Shown here: positions 1-13,397 of the stretch, one piece after another | Layout: every line of letters begins with the position of its first letter | Numbering within the stretch: position 1 is the stretch's first letter | From: Takakia lepidozioides | Taxonomy: Eukaryota > Plantae > Bryophyta | Direction of reading: 5' to 3' | Assembly: GCA_030704615.1 (NCBI GenBank) | Contig: CM060734.1 | Coordinates: 10,540,001 to 10,604,000 of the forward strand | Length of the DNA: 64,000 nucleotides | Notes under the pieces: generated by a model | Seen by the model: the letters and a program-made list of their open reading frames with translations, nothing else | Database searches by the model: none | What the model was told of the DNA's origin: nothing | Translations under genes and position numbers: made by a program

Positions 1-930
1 CCCAGCCACTGTGAAGCCCTCTGGCCATTTGACAACTTCAGCACGGTCGAACTTTAGCAGCGGATGTAACTCGTTGCAGCGCCGGGCATTTTCCTGGGCT
101 CAACGGGACAGTGGTAACAAAATCATTTATAAAGACACAGCAACCGGAAACGGAAGCTCGGAACACTCCCACCTTCTCAGAAAGCAGCATGGGAGGCAAT
201 GGCTGGTATACCTGAGGAGCGGCCACCAGCTGGACTGGGCGACCTGGACAGTTATGAAAGGGCAGCCCCAGTGACTATGGCAGAGGAGTGGGTGTTAACT
301 GGGGACCCCAGTAAGGATGAGGCTGTTCGCCACTATGAAAGTGCTCCCAGTATCATTCTATTTAAGGTGCAGAATATTTTAAGTTGTCAAATTGCATATT
401 GTTTGGACACTAAGTATGAGTGTATTGTACTCCATGTCTTTTGTCATTTTACTTCAATTAGCTTCTTGTAAAATATTGCATTATCTACATGGGAGAGCAA
501 GCATTTCTGATGAGACCATTTTTCTAGCAATTTGCCACCCTTAATCCCAACCCTCTACAAATGCCTCCCTGCTACTTGAGCGACATGTCTCAATGATCTC
601 AAGCTGGATAGATTGAGACATGAATAGAGGCAAGGCTTCTAACAAGCAATCTTGTGGAATCAGCCAATTAGTACAGTTGTGGCATCCCAAATCATACATG
701 AGGGTGCAGATACTTCTTCCAATAGACGGAACGCACTTTGTGCTCCCCAGCTGTGCAAGCCTTTGTTGCACGATATGTTGCATTTCTAGTTTTTTCTCTT
801 TGCACTGTTTAACCATAGTGAGTACTTGAATAACTCTTTATGTTCTGAAGGAGCCTATCTATGAATGCAGGCAGGAGAGTGTGATTTCTATTCTGAAAAA
901 ATTGTACTTCGGTTGTGGGTATTTTTGCAG

Positions 931-1092
931 GCTCTCCTGGAGTTGTGTTCTGAAGAAGCAGTGGCTGCCAATGCAGCAGTGGACGTGTGCATCACTCAAA
1001 TAAAACATGTGCTCTCTTCCCAACAGCTACCCCTCAATGCTTCTTCGGAAAGTATTGAACGAGCCTTCCATGCAATCGAGACATTTGTACAG
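931..1092 (+). CDS. Putative internal exon of an unidentified spliced gene (ALLELCSEE...IETFVQ)
   Basis: TTTTTGCAG acceptor at 930, CAG|GTGAG donor at 1093, 162 nt open, phase 0/0. No recognisable domain. Confidence 0.35.
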
Positions 1093-1138
1093 GTGAGCCT
1101 GATGTCCATTCATTTGAGCTTCCAGTGCTGGAGGCAAC

Positions 1139-1368
1139 TGTAACATGTGGGGTTCCACATCTGTTTTCTAGATAGATGCTTATTTAGTTAAAGGTCTTCT
1201 GCAAGCAGCACTTCATCCCTACACAACAGTTCATATCTGAACAGATTACTCTTCCTTATGAAGAGTCATCTTCCTTAGGATAGAACCTAAGAAGAAAACA
1301 TTATTAAGAAGTTACTTTGTAATATACAGAAGGATTCTCTCTCTCATCTGAATGCTCTCATTATATCA
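1139..1368 (+). repeat. Probable 5' LTR of the copia element (~230 bp)
   Basis: Ends ...TATATCA 2 nt before the PBS. The 5' TG start is inferred because no second LTR is present. Confidence 0.55.
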
Positions 1369-1370
1369 CA

Positions 1371-1383
1371 TGGTATCAGAGCC
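1371..1383 (+). promoter_or_regulatory. Primer binding site (tRNA-iMet)
   Basis: TGGTATCAGAGCC, complementary to the 3' end of plant initiator tRNA-Met. Confidence 0.9.
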
Positions 1384-1959
1384 ATCCTGTGAAACCAACT
1401 AAAGTTGTCTAGTGCGATCCACAGTAGTCGAGGGACGCCTCGACTCCTGCGGAACGGGGGACGCCTCGAACCATATGATCTCACTTATTCATTTTTTCTT
1501 TTAGGTGCTTGTCAGAAGCACAACAAAACAAAATATAATTCCAGTAAGCTGCTTTGAAAAAATAAGCACTTTAAGATCCGCATAGGCGGGTTCGTATTAG
1601 TTCGTAGTAGTTCTTCTGAAGAGGAAGTTCTAAAAACAGCTCTGTTGATTTAATTGTGAAGTCAACAAATCGTTGGGAAGATGTCAGGCTTAAAGGTCAC
1701 GGACAAAGAATCAGTGTGAGAGTTTTTTAACATTTTTACTCATTAAACTAAATTTTATGTACTTTATCAACCTACCGATAACAACCATTTTCATAAAGTC
1801 CTTTACAATATGAAAACCAAAACACCCCATGAGCTGTCTTCATTAAATACAACCTTTTATTATAGATGAAGGGTGGCCCAAGGTCAAATTTTCAATAACA
1901 TGTACTTTTGTGATTATGGTCAAGTTTGGATTACGTCACCGACGACACGTGACGGCATA

Positions 1960-3985
1960 TATCCTCCATAACATTCAATGGAACTTATTTCCATGTGTGG
2001 AAACATAGGATCCTAATGTTTCTAAGAGCTGAGAAAATGCAATGTGTTGTTGATGGCACAGTGCCAAGACCCACCACACCCATCCCAGCTTCAGGAGGAG
2101 CAGTTGTGCATACTCCTGCTACTGGCGCTGGCAGCAAGACGGAATGGGATACCCAAAATAACATTGCGTTATCCTATCTTCTTAATTGCCTGGATAATAG
2201 CCAGATAAATCATGTTACTAATTTTACCATCGCTCAAGAAGCATGGACAATACTTAACGATCTATATGATGCGCAAGACACGGTGACCAAGATGTGTCTT
2301 AAGGATCAGCTTGTCACTCTAAAGTTCAAGGAGGGAGCCAGCCTTACTAAACATATCCATGCTTTTCAAGCTTTGTTAGATCAACTTAGCTCTGCTGGTT
2401 CGAGGGTACCTAACGAGGAGGCTGTTATATCCTTGTGCGTAGTATGCCACCTTCATATCGTAATTTCTTAACAGCCTTAAGAGGTAATCAGGCTCTTACC
2501 CTTACACAACTGATCACCTATCTTCTCCAGGAGGAGACCATGATGAAACATGATGATCCTAAACCTGTTGCCACTTTACTGTACACCCAAAAGCGGGAGT
2601 TCATACCTCGAGGAGGAGGTCGACCTTCTACCTCGACTGTATCCCCTGTCCTGTCTGCCAGTCAGCCCCCTAGCTCTAATGGGGCGTTCTTTAAAATGCT
2701 TTTACTGCAAGATGACCAATCATGTTATTAAGGACTGTCGCAAGCGCATTGCTGCAGAAAAGCGAGCTGCTCAAAATCTGGATAGACCAAAGACTGTTAG
2801 ACGCTTGCTGGTCACAGCTATGTCTCCTACTCCTACAAGGGATACTAGTTGGTACATTGATACCGGTGCCACAGACCACATGGCCCATGATAGGAGTCAC
2901 TTTCATACCTACATTTCTTTAGATCCTGCTCAAGTTGTCTATTTAGGAGACAACTCGACTCAATCTATTGTTGGCATAGGCGATGTCTACGTTACCCTTT
3001 GTCATGGTGAGCCTATCATTATATCTAATGTTCTTCATGTCCCTGGCATTACCAAGAACCTCTATTCCATCAAACACCTTGATTCTTCAAATGGTGAGAT
3101 GGTTTTATGCCGGGGAATTTGTTTCCTTACAGATTCCCAAGGTCAGCTTATTGCCAAATGTCCTCAAGTAAATGACCTTTACAAACTTGGTGAGTCCTGC
3201 CCTCCCCCTCCCATTGTTGCCATCCCAGCATCTACTGCCACACCTGCTGAAGTGTGGCATCGACGTCTTGGCCGTATTGGGCAAGCTCGGCTCCACCAAT
3301 TGTTCACTGGCAACATGGTTCGGGGCATTGCTCCTATGATTCTCACCCCCTGTGTTTCTTGTAACACAACCGTCAGCCCTTTCCTAAGGATGGTGCCAAT
3401 CGTGCTACTAAGCTTCTAGGTCTAGTTCACTCAGACATCTGTGGACCTCTTACACCTGCAACCCATTCTGGTTTCGTTACTTTATGACTTTAATTGATGA
3501 CTACTCACATTACACTAGGGTGTATTTGTTACGTAAAAAGTCTCATGCTCTCCACACTTTCAAAGAGTGGAAAAACTATGCTGAAAATCAACTCCACAAA
3601 ACAGTTCAGGTTCTCCGAACTGACAATGGAGGTGAATACGTTTCGCAAGCCTTTACCGACTTTTGTGCTCAGTATGGGATACATAGGCAGTTGACAGTTC
3701 CTCATACCCCTCAACATAATGGTGTTGCAGAACGCATGAACCAAACCCTCATGAAGATGGTGCGATCTACCTTATTTCATGCTCATCACTCCAAGTCATA
3801 TTGGGGAGAGGCCATGATTACAGCCAATTATGTCAACAATCGTATCCCGACCGTAGCTTTACCGCCAGACAAAACTCCTTATGAGCTATGGCATAATTCT
3901 AAACCTGACATATCTCATATGAGAGTATTTGCCTGCACTGCTTTTGCTCATGTCCATGAAGAGACTCGTACTAAGCTAGATCCCT
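1960..3985 (+). pseudogene. Copia gag-pol (gag, CCHC knuckle, protease, GAG-pre-integrase, integrase core), frameshifted
   Basis: CFYCKMTNHVIKDC knuckle; WYIDTGATDH protease; WHRRLG; HSDICGP, IDDYS, LRTDNGGEY and QHNGVAERMN integrase motifs spread over several frames. Confidence 0.92.
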
Positions 3986-5379
3986 ATATGGAAGTTTACA
4001 ACAGTTAAAGCAAAAGAAGCATGAAATTGTTGAAGAGTACATGGAAAAGATGGAATTGATGATGAAAAAATTGGCTGCTGTACCAGCACCAGGATTACAG
4101 AAGACTTGGTTTGTGAGTGGACTAAGACCAGAGTTGCAAAAGAAAGTGGATATGCTACCCCATAATACGGTGGATGAGGCATTTGAAACAGCTAACAAAA
4201 TTGAGCAATTGGGAATGGTCAGGAGAGAGAAAATGGATGATGATGACTCTGAGGATGAGTCAGATGACAAAGAAGAGCAAGAGCTCAAGAGGAAGAGTAA
4301 GAGGAAGGAAAAGTTGAAGAGAGATAACTATGAGAAAATAGTAGAAGAAATCTTGAAAAAATATGCCACAGAGGCTGCAACACATTGGAGGAAGGGTGTT
4401 TGGTGTGCAAAATGCCAGAACGAAGGCCATACCACCACTGAATGCCACATGAAGGAGAAACACTGTACTATTTGTAAAATGGATAACCATTCTACTGAGA
4501 ATTGTTATTACAACAGAAGGGCGGCTGCAAGAGAACCTAGGCAAGTAAGGGTGCATCAAGTGCAGCCCCAGCCAAGAAGAAACAGTAATCAGGAGCACTA
4601 TGGTAGGCCTGGTGGTTATAACAATGGTATGGAAGGGAGAGGTACTCCAAGAGGGAATTATCAAGGCAACTATCAGGGTAATCCAAGGGGGAATTACCAG
4701 TCAGGGAATCAGGATTATAGAAATAATCCCAGAGCAGACCAAGGGCGAGGACCCAATGGTGAAGAACTGTGTTACTATTGTAATCAGGCAGGACATCGCA
4801 AGGCAGCCTGTTCATTTTGGATTAGACATCAGAATGAGATGAGAGCTCATGTGAATGAGAGCCCAGTGGTGGCAGCTCACATGGTTAGGCCATGTGTTGT
4901 TTAGAAGTAAGTACAATGATAGTAACCAGAAGCAAAGCTAAATTAATACCTCCAGTAGATGAGGAAGATGATGATAATGAAGATGGCAGTGATGTGCCTG
5001 AAGCTGATGAGGCTTGGAGAAATGAGAATGAACTGCACAAAGAAGTGGCAGATATCATAAGGGAAATGCAGAAGAGTACTGATATTCCTATGGCAGATTC
5101 CTCTGATTCTGGAAGAGAAATGAAAAGAGTGAGGATGAAGGAAAGAAAGAAGCTGCAGAAGTGCAGAGTAATGAAGGGACTTTGGCTGAAGTAATATGCC
5201 AGTCCAAGGCGGAGATTACCATTGGACAGTTATTGGTTGTGGCACCTCATTGTAGGCACAAGCTATATCAAGCAATCAATCAGGTTGCCCATGAGACAGA
5301 GAACACAGACATGAATAGCAAGGTGACCAGTTATAATGTGAAGCCGGAAGGGCGAGAAACAGTCATGGACTTTGAATGA
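3986..5379 (+). pseudogene. Gypsy gag (5'-truncated) with three CCHC zinc knuckles
   Basis: LQQLKQKKHEIVEEY..WFVSGLRPELQ; CAKCQNEGHTTTEC, CTICKMDNHSTENC, CYYCNQAGHRKAAC. Confidence 0.85.
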
Positions 5380-8300
5380 TTCTATGCCAGTATCCAATTG
5401 AGAATTGGAAGCCAGATCTGACTGATGTACTGATAGATGGAGGCTCTGGAGTGAATATCATAACAGACCATTAAGGTAGAAGCTTGGTCTAGTAACATGA
5501 AACCAGCCCCATTCCACAGTAACAATGGCAGATCAAAGAAGTGTTCAGCCATTAGGTTTGATAAAAGGAGTTAGATACAGATTCAAAAGATGATCTTTAA
5601 GATCACAGTGACTGTGTTGAAAATGGATGATGTCATGGAAGCTTACTCCTTATTGTTGGGTCGACCATTGCTGAAACAGGCCAGGGTATTCCATGACTGG
5701 AATTCCCAGTTACTAACTGTGCATGATGAAAGCACAAAATACAAATCACCACAAGAAATCTAGTAGACTTACCTGCTACGAGAAGACCTCGGGGAGTCAG
5801 AGAATATGACTGGAGGAGAGGACTTGATGAGGAGCAGAAGCTAACCCTGTTCGCTGCACACCTAGAGTGGGAGCAATTGCAGAAATGCAACTTGAGGGCC
5901 TAGTTGTCTAAAAATATCTATTGTGGTGTAGTGACAACAACACCATTGAGGGTGAAACAAGCAGTTATCCACCACATTCTATGAATAAAAGAGTGAAGAA
6001 ATGGAACTACTAGAAGAACCATCCACTGTGATTTTACAGGATGAAGTAGTGCTGGTGGACAATCACACACTGATGAGCAGTGAGAAAGTGATGTGGGAAC
6101 TGAGGAGGACCGAGAATAGATGAAGTGGGGGGGGGCTAACTAGAGCCAAATTCTTTGAGAAGCTAAGAGTCTGTTCATCAATACAAAAATGTCTTTGCTT
6201 GGAGCTATGAGGATCTGAAAGGATACCACCTGAGATCTGTTAGCATAAGATTGAACTGGAACCAGGGTCAGTACCAATCAAACAGGCAGGTACAGAATGA
6301 ATCCCGCAACTATGCACAGAAGGTTGGGGAAGAGATCAAGAAATTGGCTGAGGCTAAGTTTATATACCCGATAGAGTATACAACTTGGTTGTCACCCATT
6401 GTGATAGTTCCCTAGAAGAGTGGTAAACTGAGAGTTTGTGTGAACTATAAGAAGTTGAATGTTTGTACAAAGAAAGATCTTTTTCTTTTGCCATTCACAG
6501 AAGCGGTACTGGACACTGTGGCAGGCCATGAGATGTACTCTTCATGATTGGGCTTCAGTGGGTATAACCAAGTGCAAGTGACAGAAGAAACAGGGAAAGC
6601 CAGCTTTCATCACAGACTGGGGTGCTTATGCATACAAAGTCATGCATTTTGGACTTTGTAATGCACCATCAACCTTTCAAAAGAGTGATAAGTGAATCTT
6701 TCCATGAGTATCTGGATGATTTCATGCGGTGTTCTTAGATGATTTTGTGTGTACAGCTCTAAGAATGAGCACTTGCATAAATTGGATTATGTTTGGCCAG
6801 ATGCAGGATGAGAGGTCTGGGCCTGAATCCAGAGAAGTGTACTTTCTGTATGAATTCAGGGGTACTTTTAGGACACATTGTGTGTAAGAGGGGATTTCTT
6901 GTGGATCCCAGAAAGACAGAGGCCATTAAAGCCTCTCCACCACGAGTAAATGTTAAGAGTCTAAGGAGATTCCTTGGACAAACCAGTTATTACAGAAGGT
7001 TTGTTAGACGGTATACACAGATAGCAGCACCATTGAGCAAGCTTTTGAAGAAAGATGCAGTGTTTGCATGGACAGCTGAATGTCAACAGGCTTTTGAGGA
7101 ACTTACATTGTCAATAACAACTACACCTGTGTTTTATAACCCCCACTGGCATGTAGTGTTTCATGTTCACTATGACGCCTCAGGAGAAGCATTTGGAGGG
7201 CAGTATTAGCCCCAAAATATTAAGGAACATAGATTCATCCTGTGTATTATGCTAGCAGGTTGATGAACAGTGTTGAGAGGAACTATAGCACAACTGAAAG
7301 AGAAGCATTGGCAATGATTTATGCAGTCAAGAAATTCAGGCATTACCTATTGGGAAGAAAGTTTATGTTCTATGTGGATCATCAGGCTCTGATTTATTTG
7401 GTGAACAAGCCTTTGGTAAGTGAAAGGATAGCAAGGTGGTTAATAATCTTGCACGAGTTTGAGTTCAAAGTTGTTTACAAGCCTGGCCGTTTGCATCTTG
7501 TGGCAGATCACTTGTCACGCCTATCAACAAGAGAGCCCGCCACAGGAGTAGACCACCAACTACTGATGCGAGTTTATTTGCAGTGAGGTGCAGGGAAGTG
7601 CAGATGATTGGTTAGATTGGCAGTGGCCAATCAGATACTACCTTACTTATGGTCAGTGCCCACCTAGTTATGGGAAGGAGTAGAGGAAGAGAATAGCTAT
7701 CAAGGCTTTACCCTATACTATGATAGGGGGTAGAATGTATAAGCTAGGACCTGATGAAGTACTTGAACGATGCTTGTACCACTATGAAGTAAATAAAGTT
7801 TTGGAGGAAAATCATAAAGGAGTGGTTGGAGGTCATTTTGGAGAAGAAACTACCAGTAGAAAGATACTACTTGTAGGTTATTGGTGGCCTACTTTGTTCA
7901 AGAATGTACACAAGTATTGTAAGAGTTGTGATGAGTGTCAGAGGCTAAGACCTTGCAAGAGATCTGGGAAGATGGCTTTTGCATCCTACGATGCCTACTT
8001 AATCATTTCAGAAATGGGGACTAGATTTTGTCGGACCAGTTAACCCACCAGCCAGAAATACACAGAACAAGTATATAGTCACAGCCACTGATTATACTAC
8101 AAAGTGGGTGGAAGTTAAAGCTTTGAAGGACAACACAGCTAAGTACACAGCAAGATTCATGTATTTACACATACTTACAAGATTTGGTTGTCCCCTGGAA
8201 TTTATCAGTGACCAGGGAAGTCACTTCATTAATGAGACCATAGAACTATTGACTTTAGAGTTCATGATTGTACATATGAAGAATACAACTTATTACCCAC

Positions 8301-8880
8301 GGGGTAATGGGCAGGCAGAGGTCACCAACAAAATACTATGTACAATCTTGGCTAAGATAGTCAATGTGAACAAAACAGATTGGGATACAAAGCTGCTGAC
8401 AGCTTTGTGGTCATACAGGACTTCATATAAAATCACCACTAAGTATAACACCATTCCAATTGGTTTAGGTATGGAAGTTTTACTTCCAGTGGAATTCTTG
8501 TTACCTACCCTGAGAACTGAATGGGGAAGGAGAATGGAATTGGAAGATTCAATTAAGGTCACGAAACATGAATTATACCATGTGGAAGAAGTACGTGTTA
8601 CTGCAGCGGATAACATGACCAGAATTCAGATGAAGAGGAAGGATCAGTTCGATGAAGGTAAATTAAAGACTTTTAAGACGGGAGATTTGGTACTGTGGTT
8701 GCAGAAGAAGGGAAAGATTAAAGCTTCTAAGCTTAAATCACCATGGAAATGACCTTATGTTATACATAAGATGTATGATAATAACACCGCCATGTTACAA
8801 ACCATTAATAAAGAAATGTTGGGAAGAGTCAATGCCAATAAGTTGAAGGGATACAGTGGTATCCATGACAAACCATTGCA
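5380..8880 (+). pseudogene. Gypsy pol (PR-RT-RNaseH-INT), many stops and frameshifts
   Basis: VLIDGGSGVNII; WLSPIVIVP..LRVCVNYKKLN; FGLCNAPSTFQ; FLDDF; YDASG, YSTTEREALA, YVDHQAL; GGHFG..GYWWP..CDECQR; ISDQGSHF; RGNGQAE. Confidence 0.93.
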
Positions 8881-9900
8881 GCACGATTTGCATGTTGAAA
8901 CACAAAAACAGTCACGGGCTGCGCCGGTGATACCAACGGAGTATGGAGCACTCGCATTAAGCCGAGCGTGTATGGCCAGGGCGGAAAGTACAGGTGTTTG
9001 CATAGCTGTCACAGCCCACCACAGTGCCACACAGCCTATCACAGCCCACCACAGTCTGACACAGCCTTTCACACAGCCACAACACAGCCCACACGCGGGT
9101 TTCACAGTCCATAGGGTCAGTGACAGGTGGGACGCGGGTTACGTCAGAAAGTGGCCGCCAAGTGAAATGACAGCTTAGAAGTCAAACACGGAGAATGTGT
9201 CACGCGGACAGGGGAAGACGGAAGCAGGTTCAAAAACGAACACGTGGCCACTAGAGCGAAGCACACCGCGATGCATATATTGCGAAAGTGGGTATCATCA
9301 TGCAAGAGGACAAACTGGGCCGTGCAAGAGGACAAACTGGGCCGTCAAAGTCCCTATCCAGTACATCAACCAAAACTAATTGTGGGCCCATTAATGCATT
9401 CAGGGCAAAGGTAACGGAACCCTTTACGAGTACAGAAAAGGAGGGACTTTTGCCACATGGGCTGTCCTAGTGGACATTCCAGAGGGGGATGTCCACTAAA
9501 GGGAGTAAAATTAAGGAGTTACCCAAGGAGGCAACAGCCAATCACGAGTGAGAATTTCATGCCGGTGGTTTCCTCCAAGAAACAAGAACAAGAAATTAGG
9601 GGAGTTATGAGCGCAAGAGTCGGGGTGGCTCCGAATAGCCAGTGTCTCGACGGGAGGGGCAATCAAAGCTATAGCTTTGTAGCTATGGCAGATATTACAG
9701 ATTACACGCTCGCTTTACTTCTCACGCAGTGACGCAAGGACGGACGGGTTGAGAGTACATTCTCTCTCACTCGATATTTGCAAGCCCTACAGGCTTACAC
9801 ACACTTACCCATTACATTCTGTGCCAACCATACCTTTATGCTTTATGCCCTGCAAGCTTTCCTACAGTTGTTTCAAACAAGGCCTTCTTGTTTGTCTGGG

Positions 9901-11752
9901 ATGAAGAGAGTGAGGGGAATGGAGGATATAAGGGTAAAGAGCACCACGATCCAAACAATTGCTACACCACAGGCAGTACAGCTGCTGAGGGAGTTGCGAT
10001 TGGAAGGGCTGCTACGCAAGGATTGGTCTTTGCATCATCGGAAGTATATGATTCAATTTGTTCAGAACTTTGAACCTCGGACAGGAATTACCCAGGTGAG
10101 GGGAGTAGATATAGAAATTACTCCCCAGTACTTGCAGCAATTGTTCGATTTGCCATCGGGTCATGTGGATGTGGATGAGTACAGGGCAAGATTGCAGATA
10201 GGGAATCTGTTCCAAGAAGGGAGTTTCTTTAAGACTCAAGGATACACCTGCACCAAGGCCGAGTACCCAGGGCTAAGAGAAGTTGGCCAAGTACTGAACG
10301 TTCTGTTTGCCATGAAACAGAACCAACAGTACTTGAGCAGATCATTCACAGAGGATATACTGAAAGCTTTGAGGGGAGAGGATGTAGCTTAGGCAGAGTT
10401 AATGTACAATGGTCTGGTGGAAGAGATGAAGAGGTTACAGGGTACTGCTGCTAAGTCTCCGATCATTGTGTCTGGCCCAGTCATTGCCCAAATTATTCTT
10501 GACTCTTGCATACTTGATACGCGAGAACGTAAGGTGATGGGCGTATTTGAGACAGTAACCACTGCAATTGAAGAGCAGGGTTCTTCACATAGCGAAGGTG
10601 GAATGGCGGGGCAACACTAGTCTAAGAGACAAAAGCGGGATATGATTGTAGTGGCGGATCCACTAGCTTCAAGAAAACCGTAAGATGATGTTTCCATAGC
10701 TCTTGTGCAGGATGGGGCACAGCAGCACAGAGGGCTGTTATCACTGGAAGCACGACCTTTGGAAAGGGAAAAAGAAGTCACTTTGGTACCACAGCCATCA
10801 CAACCAGTTGACTCGGTTGTCTCAGAGGTTCCTCAGTTAGAACATGCTGTTGCACCAGAGCCTATTGCTCTGGAAGGAGAAGGGTTGGACATTCACTACA
10901 GAGCAGGTCGTGGCAGAAATTGAAAAGGGTGACCTTCTCTATGAAAACTCTGGCTTGGTCAGGGGATCAGTGGTATCAGAGGTGCAGAGTCTATTCAGGG
11001 AAATCCCTGCTGAGCATGTAATACCCAAACCTGTGACGGAGGTGCCAGGGGTAGAATGTAAGGACACTGTAGCACCTGTGGAGAATAAGGTTCTTCAGGA
11101 AGAAGATCTTGTGGGAACATGGCCTGAATGGTTGGTGAAACATCACACTGTGGAGGATCAGGGAGAACAGCAGCAAGTTCACCATGACGACCCACAGCAG
11201 GCCATGCTTATGAGTTCCATAAGCAGGACACTCAATTTGTTGGGCACTTATGTGAAATCTCATGTTCCATTTACACAATTAGCAGCTTTGAGGGAGGAAC
11301 TCAAGTAGGAGTTTGAGGCAAGAATTGCCACTGAGTGTGCAAACAAGGTGGATGTGGAGGCCAATCTCCAGTTGCAGAAAGAATTGAAGGACACGAAGGC
11401 TGCCCTTCAGTTGGAAAAGATGAATCTAATTGAAGCGGGTCTGGAGCAAGAGAAGTTGCATGAAGCACATAAGCGACAACTTTACCAGTTGCAGATGATG
11501 CATGAGAGAAAATTGCAGGAGGTGAAAGTGCTTCATACAGAGTTGGAGGCAGTTCATCAGAAAATGACCATTCAGTGTACTTCACTAACAACTACTTTGG
11601 AGAACACTGCGATAGAAATGAATAAACAAGCAAAGAGATGTATAATGGTGGAGACTGAAACAATGACGCAAGGGAATCTCATTGCTGACTTACAGGCTAC
11701 TATTCGTTGCAATGAGGATACTTTCCAACAGTATAGTCAAGTTGAGGCTGAG
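9901..11752 (+). pseudogene. Extra ORF (ORF3) of the gypsy element, 5' part: plant-transposon-protein-like N-terminus and coiled coil
   Basis: MKRVRG..QFVQNF..VRGVDIEIT..LFDLPSG. Collinear with the minus-strand homologue at 50285-56960. Has in-frame stops and frameshifts. Confidence 0.75.
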
Positions 11753-12478
11753 TGTCGCGGCTCTTTGCCTTGAGGGCAGGGGGTCGGGACACATGAGGGG
11801 CTGCCCCTGTGGTGGGGGCAGCGGCAGCGATAGGTATGGGGGGCTGAAGCACCCTTGAGTGCCCAAGGCACTCAAGGAGGCGGAGGTGCTCACTAGGTGG
11901 AGCCCCGCACACCGGGTTGCGGTGGGGGTGGCTCCACAAGGGTGGTGGGTAGCTTAGCGGGACTTAGTGGGGGTGGCATAGGACTCACCATGGGGCGGAG
12001 ACCTCGTGGTGGGAGTCGTGGGGAGTCTTGGGACTCATCACGGTCCAGAGGGGCCGTGGTGAGTGGGCCAAGACTCACTGCGACTCATCACCGGGAGTCG
12101 AGGGTTTTCGTGGTGGTTCGCCATAAAATGGCATGGCTGGTTGTGAAACCCCCACGGACAGCTACAGAAGTATATATAAGGGGAGTAGTGACCCCGAGAA
12201 CGGTGCAAGCCCGTTGGTGACCAAAAACTAGTGAGTAAGCGAGCGAGCCGGAAAGCGACCAAAGAGTGGGGAGCTGTTCCGGACTGCCATCTACCAAGGG
12301 AATTCTCCTAGGCCCAAATAGGTGGAGGGTTTAGTGGGAAGCGAAGGGGGGACCGTTTGTCCCGGTGAGCAGCCGAAGCTCCAAGTTGGCCCGGGCGGCC
12401 AGGTTGGGAGTCAGGCGCGCGCATCGGAGCGAGTACTATGACTTGAAGGGGAGCTTACCGAAGTGAGGGTGCGCGACA
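11753..12478 (+). repeat. 5' LTR of chromovirus
   Basis: TGTCGCG...CGCGACA, direct repeat of 28792-29521. Confidence 0.95.
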
Positions 12479-12480
12479 CT

Positions 12481-12492
12481 TGGTATCAGAGC
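12481..12492 (+). promoter_or_regulatory. Primer binding site (tRNA-iMet)
   Basis: TGGTATCAGAGC, 2 nt after the LTR. Confidence 0.92.
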
Positions 12493-13397
12493 TTAGAGTT
12501 TAGTACGCGATCGTCCTTGGGATTGGCCTCATCATGGGTCGGGCAAGCCAAAGCGAAAGCGGAACGGCCCAAAAGATGATGATCCTGGTGAGCCCGATGG
12601 GGGCGACGTGTCACCGAAGCGGCCGTTTGAGGAAGCGACGCAGGTTTCTGAAAGCGAGGCCGCTCAAGAGCGGGAGGAATCCGAGGAGTCGGAGCCCGAG
12701 GAATCCGTGAGAGCTCCGACCGACCAACAGATGCCTCCCATGCCGGCCAACGACGCAATGGCGTGAGCGTTGCACGTGAGCGCGCGAGCGTACGCTCACG
12801 CAGGAGTGACGTGGCGTGAGCGTACGCTCACGCCAGCTGACGTGGCGTGAGCCTGCACACATGCTGACGTGGCGTGAGCGTCATGTCAGCATGCTGATGT
12901 GGCGGTAAATGATGACGTGGCACTGTCCGTCAACTGCCACGTCAGCATTAACATGCGCCGCCTATAACCGTGGATGGTCCTATGACCGTGGAATTAATGC
13001 AGGGAATCTTGCCTAAATAGAATCAAGACGAGCGTTGAGGCCTACAATTGCAGCATCCAACATTGTGCAATTACAAATGTTTGTTTCACTTTTACAATTA
13101 CGAAGACGACAAAATATCCTCACAAAGTGTGCGCCATAAAGGCTGCCACGAGAAGACTTCCTCCCTCCTCAAATAACAATGAGAGTTATGATCATCTTCA
13201 AAAGATGATTGTAGTGCATAGCGACAGCAAGACATGTAGACTTCGAACGGTGCAATGACAAATGTGCACTACCTAAAAGTTGTCACTCAGACCTCACTCC
13301 GTATAGTTGGAGGCCATATCATTGCACAGCCGACGAATTGATGTGAATTACACATTTCAAATCATGGTCATCCACATACCACATTACATAGTTCATG

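Larger units (their letters stand above)
1139..3985 (+). mobile_element. Ty1/copia LTR retrotransposon, 3'-truncated (no RT/RH or 3' LTR)
   Basis: TG..CA segment followed by PBS TGGTATCAGAGCC, then gag-PR-INT order, ending abruptly after RTKLDP. Confidence 0.9.

Noticed and set aside
11897-12297. ORFs within the chromovirus LTRs (also 28937-29467)
   Set aside because: GC-rich LTR sequence; frames differ between the two LTRs.
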